A stretch of 62,536 nucleotides of DNA, the filler included, from Squatina squatina (taxonomy: Eukaryota): the NCBI GenBank assembly GCA_031763465.1. It is 4 parts of 4 records of this genome, joined end to end, with 100 filler letters (N's around TTAATTAATTAA, not from the genome) between each part and the next. Parts side by side here need not be neighbours in the genome. Positions count along the whole stretch, not along the records: positions 15,110 to 29,721 come from JARFOE010724619.1; positions 29,822 to 43,751 come from JARFOE010000007.1; 2 more parts are not named here. The stretch is one strand, 5' to 3'. Below, in pieces: positions 24,094-36,564 of the stretch (the first letter of the stretch is position 1; every line of letters begins with the position of its first letter). The position numbers and the translations under genes were made by a program. The notes under the pieces were generated by a model. That model did not search any database and was not told the DNA's origin. It saw only the letters and a program-made list of their open reading frames with translations.

Positions 24094-27000
24094 CACATAA
24101 TTCCACTACTGGTGCTCTCCAATTATTCCCTGATTACAGTGCACTCACTTAATTCCAGGACTGGTGCTCCCTCCTCAATCCGTGCTTAGAGTACACTCAC
24201 CGAGTTCCACTACTGGTGCTCCCTCCTTACTCCCTGCTTAGTGTGCACTCACTTAATTCCATTACTGCTACACCCTCCTCACTCCATGCTCAGAGTGCAC
24301 TCACCTAATTCCAATATGGGTGCTCCATCCTTACTCCCTGCTTAGAGTGCACTCGCCTAATAGCACTACTGGTGCTCCCTCCTCAATCCGTGCTGTGAGT
24401 GCACACACCAGTTCCACTTCTGGTGCTTCCTCGTTAATCCCTGCTTGGAGTGCACTAAGCTAATTCCACTACTCGTGCTCCATCCTCACTCGCTGCTTCG
24501 AGTCTCCTCACATAATTCCACAACTGGTGCTTCCTCCTTACTCCCTGCTTAGAGTGCACTCACCTAATTCCACTACTGGCGCTCATTCCTCAGTCTCTGC
24601 TTCAGGTGCACTCAACGTATTCCACTACTGCTGCTCCCTCCTTAATTCCTGCTCAGAGGGCACTCACCTAATTTCAATAGTGGTGCTCCGGCCTTTCTCC
24701 CTGCTCAGAGTGCAGTCACATAATTCCATGACTGGTGCTCATTTCTCAGTGCGTGCTTCGTGTGCACTCAGCGAATTTCACTACTGCTGCTCCCTCCTTA
24801 ATTCCTGCTTAGAGTGCACTCACCTATTTCCAATACTGGTGCTCGCCCGTCACTCTCTGCTTAGAGTGCAATCATTTAATTCCACGATGGGGCTACCTCC
24901 TGACTGCCTGCTCAGAGTGCATTACCTAATTTCACTACTGGTGCTCCCTCCTCACGCCCTGCTTAGAGTACAATGAACTAATTCCAATATTGGTGCTACA
25001 TTCTTACTACTTGCTTCGACTGCAATAACCTAATTGCAATACTGGTGCTCCCCACTTAATCCCTGCGTAGAGTGCACTCACCTAATTCCAGTACTGGTGT
25101 CCCTCCTCAATTCGTGCTTAGAGTGCACTCACCGAATTCCAGTACTTGTGCTCCCTCCTTACTCCGTGTTGAGCGTGTACACACCAGATCCACTACTGGT
25201 GCTCCCTCCTTAATCCCTGCTTAGAGTGCACTCACCTAATTCCCCGACTGGTGCTCCATCCTCAATCACTGCTCAGTGTGCAATCACGTAATTCCACCAC
25301 TGGTGCACCCTACTTACGCCCTGCTGGGAGTGCACTCTCCTCATTCCAATACTCGTGCTCACTCCTCGCTCCCTGCTTAGAGTGCACTCACCTAATTCCA
25401 CCACTGGTGCTCCCTACTTACGGCCTGCTGGGAGTGCACTCTCCTCATTCCAATACCCGTGCTCACTCCTCGCTCCCTGCTTAGAGTGCACTCACCTAAT
25501 TCCACTTCTAGTGCTCCCTCCTTCAGCCCTGCTCAGAGTGCACCCACCTAATTCCACTACTGGTGCTGCCTACTTCATCCCTGCGAAGAGTGCACTCAAC
25601 TAATTTCACGACTGCTGCTCCCTTCTCACTCCCTGCTTCGAATGCCCTGACCTAATTACACGACAGGAGCTCCATCCTTAATCACTGTTCAAATTGCACT
25701 CACCTAATTCCACTACGGGTGTGCCACACTTACTCCCCGCTTAGAGTGCACCCACCTAATTCCACTACTGGTGCTCCCTCCTCACTCCCTGCTCAGAGTG
25801 CACTCATGTAATTCTTGCTGCTCCCTGCTTACTCACTGTTTAGAGTGCACTCAACAATTTCCGCTGCTGCTGCTCCTCCTTACTCCCTGCTTAGAGTGCA
25901 CTCACCTAATTTCAGTACTGGTGCTCCCTCCTCAATCTGTGCTCACCGTGCACTCACCTAATTCCACTACAGGTGCTCCGTCCTCATTCGCTGCATAGTG
26001 TGCAATCACTTAATTCCACCACTGGTGCTTCCTCCTTACTCCCTACCTAGAGAGCACTCACCTAATTCCACTGCTGGTGCTCCCTCCTTACTCCCTGCTT
26101 GGAGTGCATTCTCCTCATTCCAATACAGGTGTTCCCTCGTCACTTCCTGATTACAGTGCACTCACCTAATTCCACTTCTGTGCTCCCTCCTTAAGGCTTG
26201 CTCAGAGTGCACCGACCTAACTCCACTACTGGTGCTCCCTCCTCACTCCCTGCTTAGAGTGCACTCACCTAATTCCACTTCGGGTGCACCCTCCTTATTC
26301 CCTGCTTAGAGTGCACTCACCAATTTCCGCTGCTGCTGCTCCCTCCTCACTCTCTGCTGAGAGTGAACTCACCTAATTCCACTAGTGGTGCTCCCTCCTT
26401 GGAGTGCACTCTCCTCATTCCAATACTGGTGCTCTCTCGTCACTTCCTCCTCAGATTGCACTCACCTAATTCCACTTCTGTTGGTTCCTCCTTCAGCCCT
26501 GCTCAGAGTGCACCCACATAATTCCACTCCTGGCGCACCCTCCTTACTCCCTGCTTCGAGTGCACTCATGTAATTCCACTACTGCTGCTCCCTGCTTACT
26601 CACTGATTAGAGTGCACTCAACTACTTCCACGACTGGTACTTCCTCCTCACTACCTGCTTCGAGTGCATTCACTGAAATCCATGCCTGGAACTCCCTCCT
26701 TATTCCCTGTTTAGTGTGAATCCACACAATTACAATAGTGCTGCTCCCTCCTTACTCCCTGCTTAGAGTGCACTCATCTAATTCCACGACTGGTGCTCCC
26801 TCCTTACTCCCTGCTTTGAGTGCAATAAACGAATTGCAATATTAGTGCTCCCTCCTCACTCGCTGCTTAGAGTGCACTCACCTAATTCCACTAGTGGTGC
26901 TCCCCACTTACTCCCTGCTTAGACTGCACTCCCCTAATTCCACTTCTGGTGCACCCTCCTTATTCCCTGCTTAGAGTGCAATCACCAATTTCCGCTGCTG

Positions 27001-29721
27001 CTGCTCGCTCCTCACTCTCTGCTTAGAGTGCAGTCACCTAATTCCACAAGTGGTGCTCCCTCCTTATTCCCTGATTGGAGTACACTCTCCTCATTCCAAT
27101 ACAGGTGCTCCCTCGTCACTTCTTCCTCAGAGTGCACTCACCTAATTCCACTTCCAGTGCTTCCTCCTTAAGCCCTGCTCAGAGTGCACCTACCTAATTC
27201 CACTACTGGTGCTCCTTCCTCATCCCTGCTCAGAGTGAACTCACATTATTCCACTCCTGGTGCACCCTCCTTACTCCCTGCTTCGAGTGCACTCTACTAT
27301 TTCCACGACTGGTGCTCCCCCCTTGCTCGTTTCTGAGAGTGGACTCACCTAAATCCACGACTGCCGTTCGCTCCTCACTCGCTGCTTCGAGAGCACTCAC
27401 CTAATTCAGCTACTGGTGCTCCCTCATCACTCCCTGCTTAGAGTGCACTCACGTATTTCCAATAGTGATTCTCCCTCCTTTGTTCCTGCAGAGAGTGCAC
27501 TCACCTAATTCCACTACTGCTGTTCCCTCTTCACTCCCTGCTTCGAGAGCACACACCTAATTCCACTAACGCTGCACCCTCTTACTCCCTGCTCAGTGTG
27601 CACTCACCTAATTCACAATACTGGTGCTCCCCGCTTAGTCCCTTTTTAGAGTGCACTCACCTAATTCCACTGCTTGTGCTCCCTCCTTGCTCCCTGCTTC
27701 GAGTGAATTCACGCAATTCCACTACTGGTCCTCCCCGCTTAATCCCTGCTCAGAGTGCACTCAAATAATTCCACTTCTGGTGCTCCCTCCTTACTCCGTG
27801 CTTAAAGTGCCCTGAGCGAATTCAACTACAGGTGTTCCCTCCTTGCTCCATGCTTTGACTGCACTCTCCCATATCCACGACTGGTGCTCCCCCCTTACTC
27901 GTGACTGAGAGTGGACTCACCTAAATCCACGACTGCCGTTCCATCCTCACTCCCTGCTAAGTGTGCACTCACCTAATTCCACTAAAGGTGCACCGCCTTA
28001 CTCCCCGCTTAGAGTGCACGCATCTAATTCCACGACTCGTGCTGCCTCCTCAGTCCCTGCTGAGAGTGCACGCAGCTAATTCCACTTCTGGTGCTCCCTC
28101 CTTACGCTCTGCTTAGAATGCACTCACGTAATTCCAGTATTGATGCTCCCTACTTATTTTCTGCTTTAAGTGCACTCGACAAATTCCGCTACTTGTGCTC
28201 CCTCCTTACTCCCTGCTTCGAGAGCACTCAACTAATTCCACAACTGGTGCTCATTCCTCACTCCCTGCTTAGAGTGCATTCACATAATTGCATGACTGCT
28301 GCTCCCTCCTCACTCCCTGCTTTGAATGCACTCACCTAATTCAGCAACTGTTGCTCCCTCATCACTCCATGCTTAGAGTGCACTCACATAAATCCACAAC
28401 TGATTCTCCCTCTTTTGTTCCTGCAGAGAGTGCACTCACCTAATTCCATGACTGCTGTTTCCTCTTCACTCCCTGCTTATAGAGCACACACCTAATTCCA
28501 CTAACGCTGCACCCTCTTGCTCCCTGCTCAGTGTGTACTCACCAAATTCCACTCCTGGTGCTCCCCTCTTACTCCCTGCTCAGTGTGCACTCACCTAATT
28601 CCACGACTGGTGCTCAATCCTAAATCCCTGCTTAGAGTGTACACACAAATTCCACTCCTGGTGCTCCCCTCTTAATCCCTGCTAAGAGTGCACTCACCTA
28701 ATTCCACTACTGGTGCTCCTTCCTTTATCCCAACATACAGTGCACTCACCTAATTCCTCTACTGCTGCTCCCTCCTCACTCGCTGCTCAATTCCGACTCA
28801 CCTAATTCCACAACTGGTGCTCCCTCCTTACTCTCTGCTTAGAGTGAATTCACCTAATTCCACGTCTGGTGCTCCACGTTTAATCCCTGTTTAGAGTGCA
28901 CTTACCTAATTCCACTGCTTGTTCTCCCTCTTTACTCTCTGCTTAGAGTGAATTCACCTAATTCCACTACTGGTGCTCCCCGCTTAATCACTGCTCAGAG
29001 TGCACTCAACTAATTCCACTTCTGGTGCTCCTTCCCTACCCTCTGATTAATGTGCACTCAACTAATTCCACTGCTTGTGCTCCCTCCTCACTCCCTGCTA
29101 AGAGTGCATTCACCTAATTCCACTACTTGTGCTGAATCCTTACTCCCTGCTTAAAGTGCACTGAGCTAATTCCACTTCTACTGCTCCCTCCTTAAACCCT
29201 GCTGAGATTGCACACACCGAATTCCACCTCTGGTGCTCCATCCTTACTCCCTGCTTCGAGTGCACTCACGTAATTTCACTATTGATGCTCCCTGCTTACT
29301 CCCTACTGAGAGTGCACTCTCCTAATTCCACAAATTCTACTCCTTCCTTACTTCCTGCTTAGTGTGTTCTCTACTAATTCCACTCTTTTGCTCCCTCCTT
29401 ACACCCTGCTGAGAGAGCACTCACCAATTCCACAACTGGTGCTCCCCGCTGACTCTATGCTTAGAGTGCACACAGCGAATTGCACTACTGGTGCTCCCTC
29501 CTCACTCCCTACATAGAGTGAACACACCTAAAGCCAATACTGGTGCTCCCTCCTTAACACTTGCTGAAAGTGCACACAGCTAATTCGACGACAGGAGCTA
29601 CCCCCTTACTCCCTGCTGAGAGTGCACTCACCTACTTCCAAGACTGGTGCTGCCCACTCACCCCCTGCTTCAAGTGCACTCACCTAATTCCACTACTGGT
29701 GCTAAATCCTCACTCCCTGCT
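24094..29721. repeat. 52-bp satellite, about 108 copies (CACCTAATTCCACTACTGGTGCTCCCTCCTTACTCCCTGCTTAGAGTGCACT)
   Basis: TTCCA at 24101 and 24153 gives a 52-bp period. The array runs to the scaffold end. Confidence 0.98.
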
Positions 29722-29821
29722 NNNNNNNNNNNNNNNNNNNNNNNNNNNNNNNNNNNNNNNNNNNNTTAATTAATTAANNNNNNNNNNNNNNNNNNNNNNN
29801 NNNNNNNNNNNNNNNNNNNNN
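29722..29821. other. Artificial scaffold-concatenation linker
   Basis: TTAATTAATTAA at 29766-29777 flanked by N44. Confidence 0.97.
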
Positions 29822-30468
29822 TTCTACTCTAATTAGCACGTGGAACATTTTATTTTCCTGTAGCACATCCCCACGTGTAACATCCTCGCCGTCCTGCTGT
29901 ACGCAGCCACAGACTGTTCTGTCTGGTTCACTGTCACTTTCACCTTCCATCCATTTGTGGCCATTTGTTGCCAGAAGATGAAAACTAAATATTGCAGCGA
30001 GCAAACTGCGGCTGTTGTTCTGGGAACAGTGACTGTGCTGAGCGGATTAAAAAACATTTTCTGGTATTTTATGTTCAGACCTTGGTCCGTGTTTGCTAAC
30101 AACCTCTGGTTTTGTGCTGTTCCTCGTTCGGGAATCATTGGTCTGGACAGCAATCGAGTTCCTTCATTATATTCTCACCCCGGGGGTGGCATTCATTGTC
30201 ATTCTCCTGCTCAATGCTCTCACCGTCAGACACATTTTAGTTTCCAGCAGAGCCCGCAGGAGACTCCGGGGTCCGAGCACTGGGGAGAGTCCGAGACACC
30301 CAGAGATGGAGAGGTGCTGGAAATCTATCATTTTACTGTTTGTTATCTCTGGCAATTTCATCCTGTTGTGGGCCGTGCTTATTGTGTATTGTGCATGGAG
30401 TCGGATGTCGTATTTTGGGTGAGTCTGAGTATCTACCTGATTATGTACAGGAAATGGGATTCATGTAG
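29822..30468 (+). pseudogene. Class A GPCR pseudogene, GPR139/GPR142-like family (TM3-TM6 and start of TM7)
   Basis: TM3 CNILAVLLYAATDCSVWFTVTFTF-HPF-VAICCQK, TM4 AAVVLGTVTVLS, TM5 FLHYILTPGVAFIVILLLNALTVRHI, TM6 KSIILLFVISGNFILLW, then YLPDYVQEMGFM*. Lesions: TAG at 29861, DRF motif reading HPF (29948-29956), frameshifts near 30120-30140 and 30420, truncation at 30468. Confidence 0.85.
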
Positions 30469-33400
30469 ACAAATGTTGGGAGATACAGAGTGAACGGCAG
30501 AACAGCTTTGCAGGAGACACATTGACGGGGAGAGAGATGGCTGGAGACAGAATGGGGGAATTTGATGGTGGGAACCATAGAGAGACGGATGGGGAGAAAA
30601 TGTGTGGTGAAACACGGGAGGTAGACTGAGAGATAGATGGATGGGGAGAGATAGATTGTGGAGACAGAAGTAGAGTTAATAGCAGAAAACTCTTAGAAAA
30701 GGGGATCAATAAGATCTTTAATGTGGGCCAGAGCTGAGTGCTTGTTCAGGAGTTTGTGAAATGTTCATTTAATCCCAGAGAATGAAGAGATGAATAGATC
30801 GATAAGGAAAATTTAAAGTGTAACTATCGCTTCACCCCAACCTCTCCACAGCAGGAAATCAATACGGCCCAGGACTGTTGGCAGGCAAGAGATTCATTTA
30901 AGACATTAACAAATTGAAGAAGCATTTAAATAAAAAACTTGGCAGATATTCGACATCTTAGAAATTCAATCAGCTACGAGCAAAAAAAACCCTAAATATT
31001 TTAGAAAGCTGTGGAGAATCTACAATAGAATTTTGGCAAGATGATTTGTAGAACCAAACAAGGCCATATATGAATGTTTTTTTGGAAGGAGGGGGAATGA
31101 TTCATCATTTCAACGTTTCCACGTGGTGGTTGGCTTACTGTTGACAGGCTCACTCCAGTCGCCTGTGTGCCTTCCACTTCNNNNNNNNNNNNNNNNNNNN
31201 NNNNNNNNNNNNNNNNNNNNNNNNNNNNNNNNNNNNNNNNNNNNNNNNNNNNNNNNNNNNNNNNNNNNNNNNNNNNNNNNTGACCCACTCCGATCTCAAC
31301 CTGATCCCCTGCGAGCTTAGACCCCCCCAGCCCCGAGATCACCCCTGACCCTCCCCACTATGCTCTATTATGGCCCCCACTATCGCCCACAACCCCTGAA
31401 CCTACCTGCTCCTCAGCTGCGGCCTCTGCTGGAGCGTTCTCCACCCAGCAGGCAGCCAGGCCAGTCAATCAGGCTGGCTTCCGGGCAGGGGATATGTTTT
31501 TTTTTAAATGCACACCCTGGAGTCAAAACTCCACGGCATTTGAGGAGAGCCGGACTAGCGGGTTTCCCGAGCATTAACCAGCAGCCTTGGACAATATGGT
31601 GGAACTGCTGGCTCCACAGTTCTACAGCATAATTTTTAGAGATAATAATGAATGAATATCACGGTAAACACTTATCCAGTTAAGCACGTCAGGAAAAGAA
31701 TTGGACATATTCCTGAAATTAAAAAAACAGAAAATACTGGAAAGGTACAAACAGATCAGTCACCAGCTGAAGCAGGATAGTTCTGATGGTGGGCCCCACC
31801 TGAAACATTAACCTATCTTTTTCGTGCCAAGTGAGCTACATTAGATGTCCAGCAGATTTTATTGTGGATTCTTGATTCAGCAGCAGGCAGAGGGTTAGGT
31901 CGTTAGAGCAGGCTGAAGATGAAAAACGGTCCATGAGAGCACTGTGAAAGAACTTGAACGAGCAAGCTGGATGGCCTGAATGGTGTTTCCTCATTCCTGC
32001 ATTCTTATGTTCTTATGTTCTTAAATGATACCATCTGTAATGGCACAGAAATAGCTCTTTAGATGCAATGTTGTTGAACTATAAAATTCTTCAAAATGTT
32101 AACACTGTTATGCTTTGTTCAAACACAGTTGGTGAAGAATGTGTGGCAATTGCTCCAACTTCATTTACAATTTTTGTTGTGGGTATTAGACCTCTGCTTT
32201 CTTAAAGGGCATTGTGACAGTATGAGGCATACACAAGGGGGGAAAGATAAATTAAAAGCAGCAACCTTCCCAGAAAGATAAATAGCTACAATAGTTTATC
32301 TTCTACATTCATACCTTTATCACTAAGCGTAGCTCGGAGCAGGAGCTCCAGGGCTATCTGTCTTTAATTGGACATCATCATTTATCAGATCTCGTTCTCT
32401 GCACCCATCTCCCCCCCTCCCCCACTTCCCTCTCAAAAATAAAGACGCCTTCAACTTTTTAGGCCTTTTTTTTTGAAAGGCAAGGATAGTCCAAGTGTCC
32501 GAACCGGGGAACTTTGATAAATGTGCCGAGATGACACTTACCTATTTAGTTAATAAACTGCCAGTGCAAGAACGAGACTATTCAAGACAAATAAAGAGTG
32601 ATAGATGGCATACAATCCAAATAAACATGTATTGATGGTAACCAGATGGTCAGAAGTTTCGCCTTGTTCAAACACACCAGGCAAAGTACATTGGCAGGAC
32701 ACATAGCAACACAAACAACTCTTTCTCTTTGTCCAATTCTAAAACTGCTTGTCTAGGCCTCAGTTCAAATAAACACATTGTTAAAACAGGCTCCTGCTAT
32801 GCAAAGTACACAAACAGGACAAGGGACCCAAGGGATCATTAGGACAAACTGTAAGTNNNNNNNNNNNNNNNNNNNNNNNNNNNNNNNNNNNNNNNNNNNN
32901 NNNNNNNNNNNNNNNNNNNNNNNNNNNNNNNNNNNNNNNNNNNNNNNNNNNNNNNNTGAGCAGCTTTCACTTTGTTCTATTTTCTGTTCAAGTACGGTTC
33001 ATGTCGCTGTGCCTGAAGCTAATTCTCCACAATTTTCTTTCCTTTTTGAACACATCATTGGTGTGGTATTTTATCTGATGAATGTATCTTGTCTGCTTCC
33101 TCCTCCTCCTTCCGAAACCCAGGGTGTTCTGCTGAAGATGCTGCTCCCGATTGCCAACGAACCTTAAACTTCACGGCAATGACTTTAATTTGTACCAAAA
33201 TATGCCCGAGTGCCTTCAGCAGAGGCAGCCAGCTGCTGTAATAAGGTCAATATATATTCACTGTAGCATTGCTCGATCCTTCCCAGATAAGCCCAGAGAA
33301 AGGTAAAAACGTCTTCAGGCTGAAAGTGGAATGCAAGGCAGATAAGGACATAATATGCCACTGAGCCAATGCAATCAGTGTTTTCCATCATTAAATGTAT

Positions 33401-33799
33401 GGCATGAGTAGTGGTATGATTGAACTAATCCTAATCACAGTCTTTCATCCCGTTATTACCGTGGTCTCTGCAACCCTTTCAAGGCTTGCCAGCTTTAGGT
33501 AATTTATAGCCTAATGTCTTTGATTGCTCATTTTCTCCTCCTTTTGGCCAACTGCAGCAGATAACACAAGCTTCATCACAAACACAAGCAGGGAAATTTT
33601 TTTTCTGGTTGTTGTTGCTTGCACACAGAGAAGTTGCCATGGTGCCCAAGGCCTCCACAATCTCATTGGCGCCAAAAGAAATGTTGGGGGAGGTAGGTGN
33701 NNNNNNNNNNNNNNNNNNNNNNNNNNNNNNNNNNNNNNNNNNNNNNNNNNNNNNNNNNNNNNNNNNNNNNNNNNNNNNNNNNNNNNNNNNNNNNNNNNN

Positions 33800-33980
33800 T
33801 TTGTCCACCTGAGGGGGTTTATGGGACCTCAGTTTAACATCTCAAGCAAAAGATGGCGCCTTTCGTAATAGGTGCAGTGCTCCCTCGGTATTGCGCTGGG
33901 AGTGGCGGCCTAGATTGCGCGGTCAAATCTCTGGAGCAGGGCAAAAGCCTCCTGACTCCGAGGTCAGAGTGCTACCACTA
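33800..33980 (-). mobile_element. tRNA-derived Deu-domain SINE, 5' part
   Basis: Homologous to 35080-35225 and, reverse-complemented, to 35775-35914. Confidence 0.7.
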
Positions 33981-34574
33981 TTGGAGAGAACATGCGGAAG
34001 CGGGGAGCAGTATGAAGCCAAGTGTGTTTGGAGTGGGGCCAGGTGGCAAATGTACAAAGTCCAGCTTAAGAGGGGGACAGATTGAGAGGCAGAGGAAGGC
34101 ACTCTGGATTTTCCCATGCGGCGAGACAGCATCAGAAGCAGAATTTCTGGCTGAACCTGCCTTCTGTTTGCCATAAGAAGCGCAGTTTACAGCTCCAACA
34201 CACTCCAGTGATCTCAACGATACTGTGACTTCTTTATGCTGTCTCCTGCCCCATTAAGCGCGCATTATTAGAGCAAAAGGAATGCCGCATCTAACTAATA
34301 CATTTCTTTTAAAAATATACCCATGTGTTTCACAGTCAACTTCACTTAAAAATGTGTGATTTAAAAGCAATTTAAACCCAATGCACTTCATTGGGGATTA
34401 ATTAGTAACAAGTTAAAGGTGACTTGCAATAAGAGTCGTTTTAATTAAGAACAAAGTTACTGGAAAACATAACTTTCTCTTAGAGTGGAAGCCTCCAGCA
34501 TCAAGAGCCATTTAAAACTCATCAAGCAGCAGTGAGTGCAGGTCCCGTGTGTTACCGTACAGCCAGAAGACAGA

Positions 34575-35225
34575 CACAACGCACCTCTTACGTTCTCAGG
34601 ATGTCCCAAAGTGCTTCACAACCAATGAGGTACATTTGTAGTGTGGTCACTGTTGTTATTCAGGCAAACGCAGCAGTCAATTTTCACACAGCCAGATCCC
34701 ACAAACAGAAATGAACAACAAACAAAATGGGTGGAGGGGGCGGTTGAATGAGGAGAATCTTTTTTACGCAGCGACTTGTTGTGATCGGGAACGCGCTGCC
34801 TCAAAGGGCAGTGGAAGCAGATTCAATAGTAACTTTCAAAAGGAAAAAATTTGCACAGCTATGGGGAAAGAGCCGGAAAGTGGGACTAATTGGATCGCTC
34901 TTTCATAGAGCCAGCACAGGCACGATGGGCCGAATGGCTGCCTTCTGTGCCGTAAGATTCTATGAGATAAATGAGCAGATAATCTGTTTTTTTTTACTGA
35001 TGTTGGTTGAGATATAAATGTTAGCCAGGACAGCAGGGCGAACTCCCCTGCTCTTCTTCAAATAGTGCCATGGGATCTTTTACGTCCACCTGAGAGAGCA
35101 GACGGGTTTAACGTCTCATCAGAAAGACGGCACCTCCGACAGTGGAGCACTCCCTCAGCACTGCACTGGGAGTGTCAGCCTAGATTATGTGCTCAAGCCT
35201 CTGGAGTGGGGATTGAACCCACGAC
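34575..35225 (-). mobile_element. Near-complete Deu-domain SINE (SacSINE1/AmnSINE-like) interrupted by a CR1 tail
   Basis: Deu domain antisense CTCCCCTGCTCTTCTTCAAATAGTGCCATGGGATC, L2-type tail GGATGTCCCAAAGTGCTT and B-box antisense GGATTGAACCC. Confidence 0.85.
34715..34965 (+). mobile_element. CR1 3' end nested in the SINE
   Basis: RRIFFTQRLVVIGNALPQRAVEADSIVTFK and tail ATTCTATGA. ATGA occurs at both junctions. Confidence 0.85.
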
Positions 35226-35774
35226 AGGTTCTTTCCTTGAGCCACAAAAACTTCTGAAACCTTCGAAGGGCAGTGGCACAGCAAGAGACCACAGAATGGC
35301 CAGTGGAAACCTACAGGCATTACTGGAAGGGAGGCAGATGGAAATCTCACCCCGTCAGAACTGAGGACGGAGTGTCATCTCACTGGAACTGAAAATTCCT
35401 TCACAATTTTAATTCGGAGATCCAGGATGGAAGGCCACCTGTTGAGGGATGTGCACTAATGATAGCAACAGGTGAAACCCAAACCCTGAGAAGAAATTAG
35501 GAAAGTGGAGGTCTCACCTATAAGTGCAGTCACAGTTCAACAGCAATCTGTCGAACTGGGACTCCAGCGACAGTGGTGTAGATACCCAGACACCCAGTGT
35601 GCCCAGACTGGATCCAGGAATATTACAGCTGAAGCTATGAATTGCAAACGTGTACATTTTAATGTGACCGAGAGTCTGTTCACCATCCCGTTATAAGTTT
35701 TTCATATTCTTTGAGCAATAAAAACCTGCATTTGTATTGCACCTTTAACGTGGTAAAACATCCCAAAGTGCGTC

Positions 35775-35914
35775 AGCCATGGCTCAGTGGGTAGCACTCC
35801 TGCCTCTGGGTCAGAAGGTTGTCGGTTCACAGTCCCACACCAGAGACTTGAACACTTAATCTAGGCTGACACTCCAGTGCAGTAATGAGGGAGTGCTGCA
35901 CTGTCAGAGGTGCT
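35775..35914 (+). mobile_element. SINE head with Pol III A and B boxes
   Basis: TGGCTCAGTGG (A box) and GGTTCACAGTCC (B-box-like), followed by the SINE body CTAGGCTGACACTCCAGTGCAG. Confidence 0.85.
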
Positions 35915-36439
35915 NNNNNNNNNNNNNNNNNNNNNNNNNNNNNNNNNNNNNNNNNNNNNNNNNNNNNNNNNNNNNNNNNNNNNNNNNNNNNNNNNNNNNN
36001 NNNNNNNNNNNNNNAACTTATAAAATTCACCTCCACCATTTACCATTTTAATGATGTTTCTGCTATGTTATCAGGTGCAATTCTGATTTTAATTTATGCA
36101 ATGATTTTGGTATTTGCATGTCTTTACAATGTATTAACATTAATGCTCAAAAAATCAGATTTTCCTTTTAATAAATAGATAAGAAGATGTGTTTGGTTTC
36201 ACTGAGGCATGCTGGGAAGGGATGCACTTAAGATGAACATTTTTAGATTCTGTAAATGGAGCAATTTAGATAATTGACTGTTCAAGTACCATTAATGTAA
36301 CTTAGTCACCAGAGCAATTAGATTAATGCAGATAATGGGACAGTGAGCTTGTGAAGTTAGTGAATCTTGGGTTATTGTTCAAGACATCAGTCAGATGTTT
36401 TTAACCCTTTTCTGTCATGTAATTTCATTCTGTTTGAGG

Positions 36440-36564
36440 CTACGTTCCCTCAATGGTTTGAGTGGAGCTCCAATAACACTCAGGAAGCTCGACACTATCC
36501 AGGACAAAGCAGCCCACGTGATCGGCACCCCACATTCGCTCACTCCACCACCGGCGCACCGTGG
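36440..36564 (+). mobile_element. LINE ORF2 C-terminal fragment
   Basis: GAPITLRKLDTIQDKAAHVIGTP is homologous to the ORF at 10084-10503. Confidence 0.8.

Noticed and set aside
15110-29721. CRISPR-like array of short palindromic repeats
   Set aside because: Units are contiguous with no unique spacers, there are no cas genes, and the context is vertebrate.
6271-29721. Unit lengths 26, 39 and 52 are all multiples of 13, suggesting a common 13-bp ancestor
   Set aside because: No shared 13-mer is visible, the 39-mer is on a different scaffold, and the 21-mer does not fit.
32314-32400. Possible minus-strand exon or C/D-box snoRNA
   Set aside because: All three frames hit stops before the GT, and the box C-like ATGATGA lacks a terminal box D.
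35775-35845. tRNA gene
   Set aside because: The A/B boxes run directly into SINE body sequence and no full cloverleaf is present.
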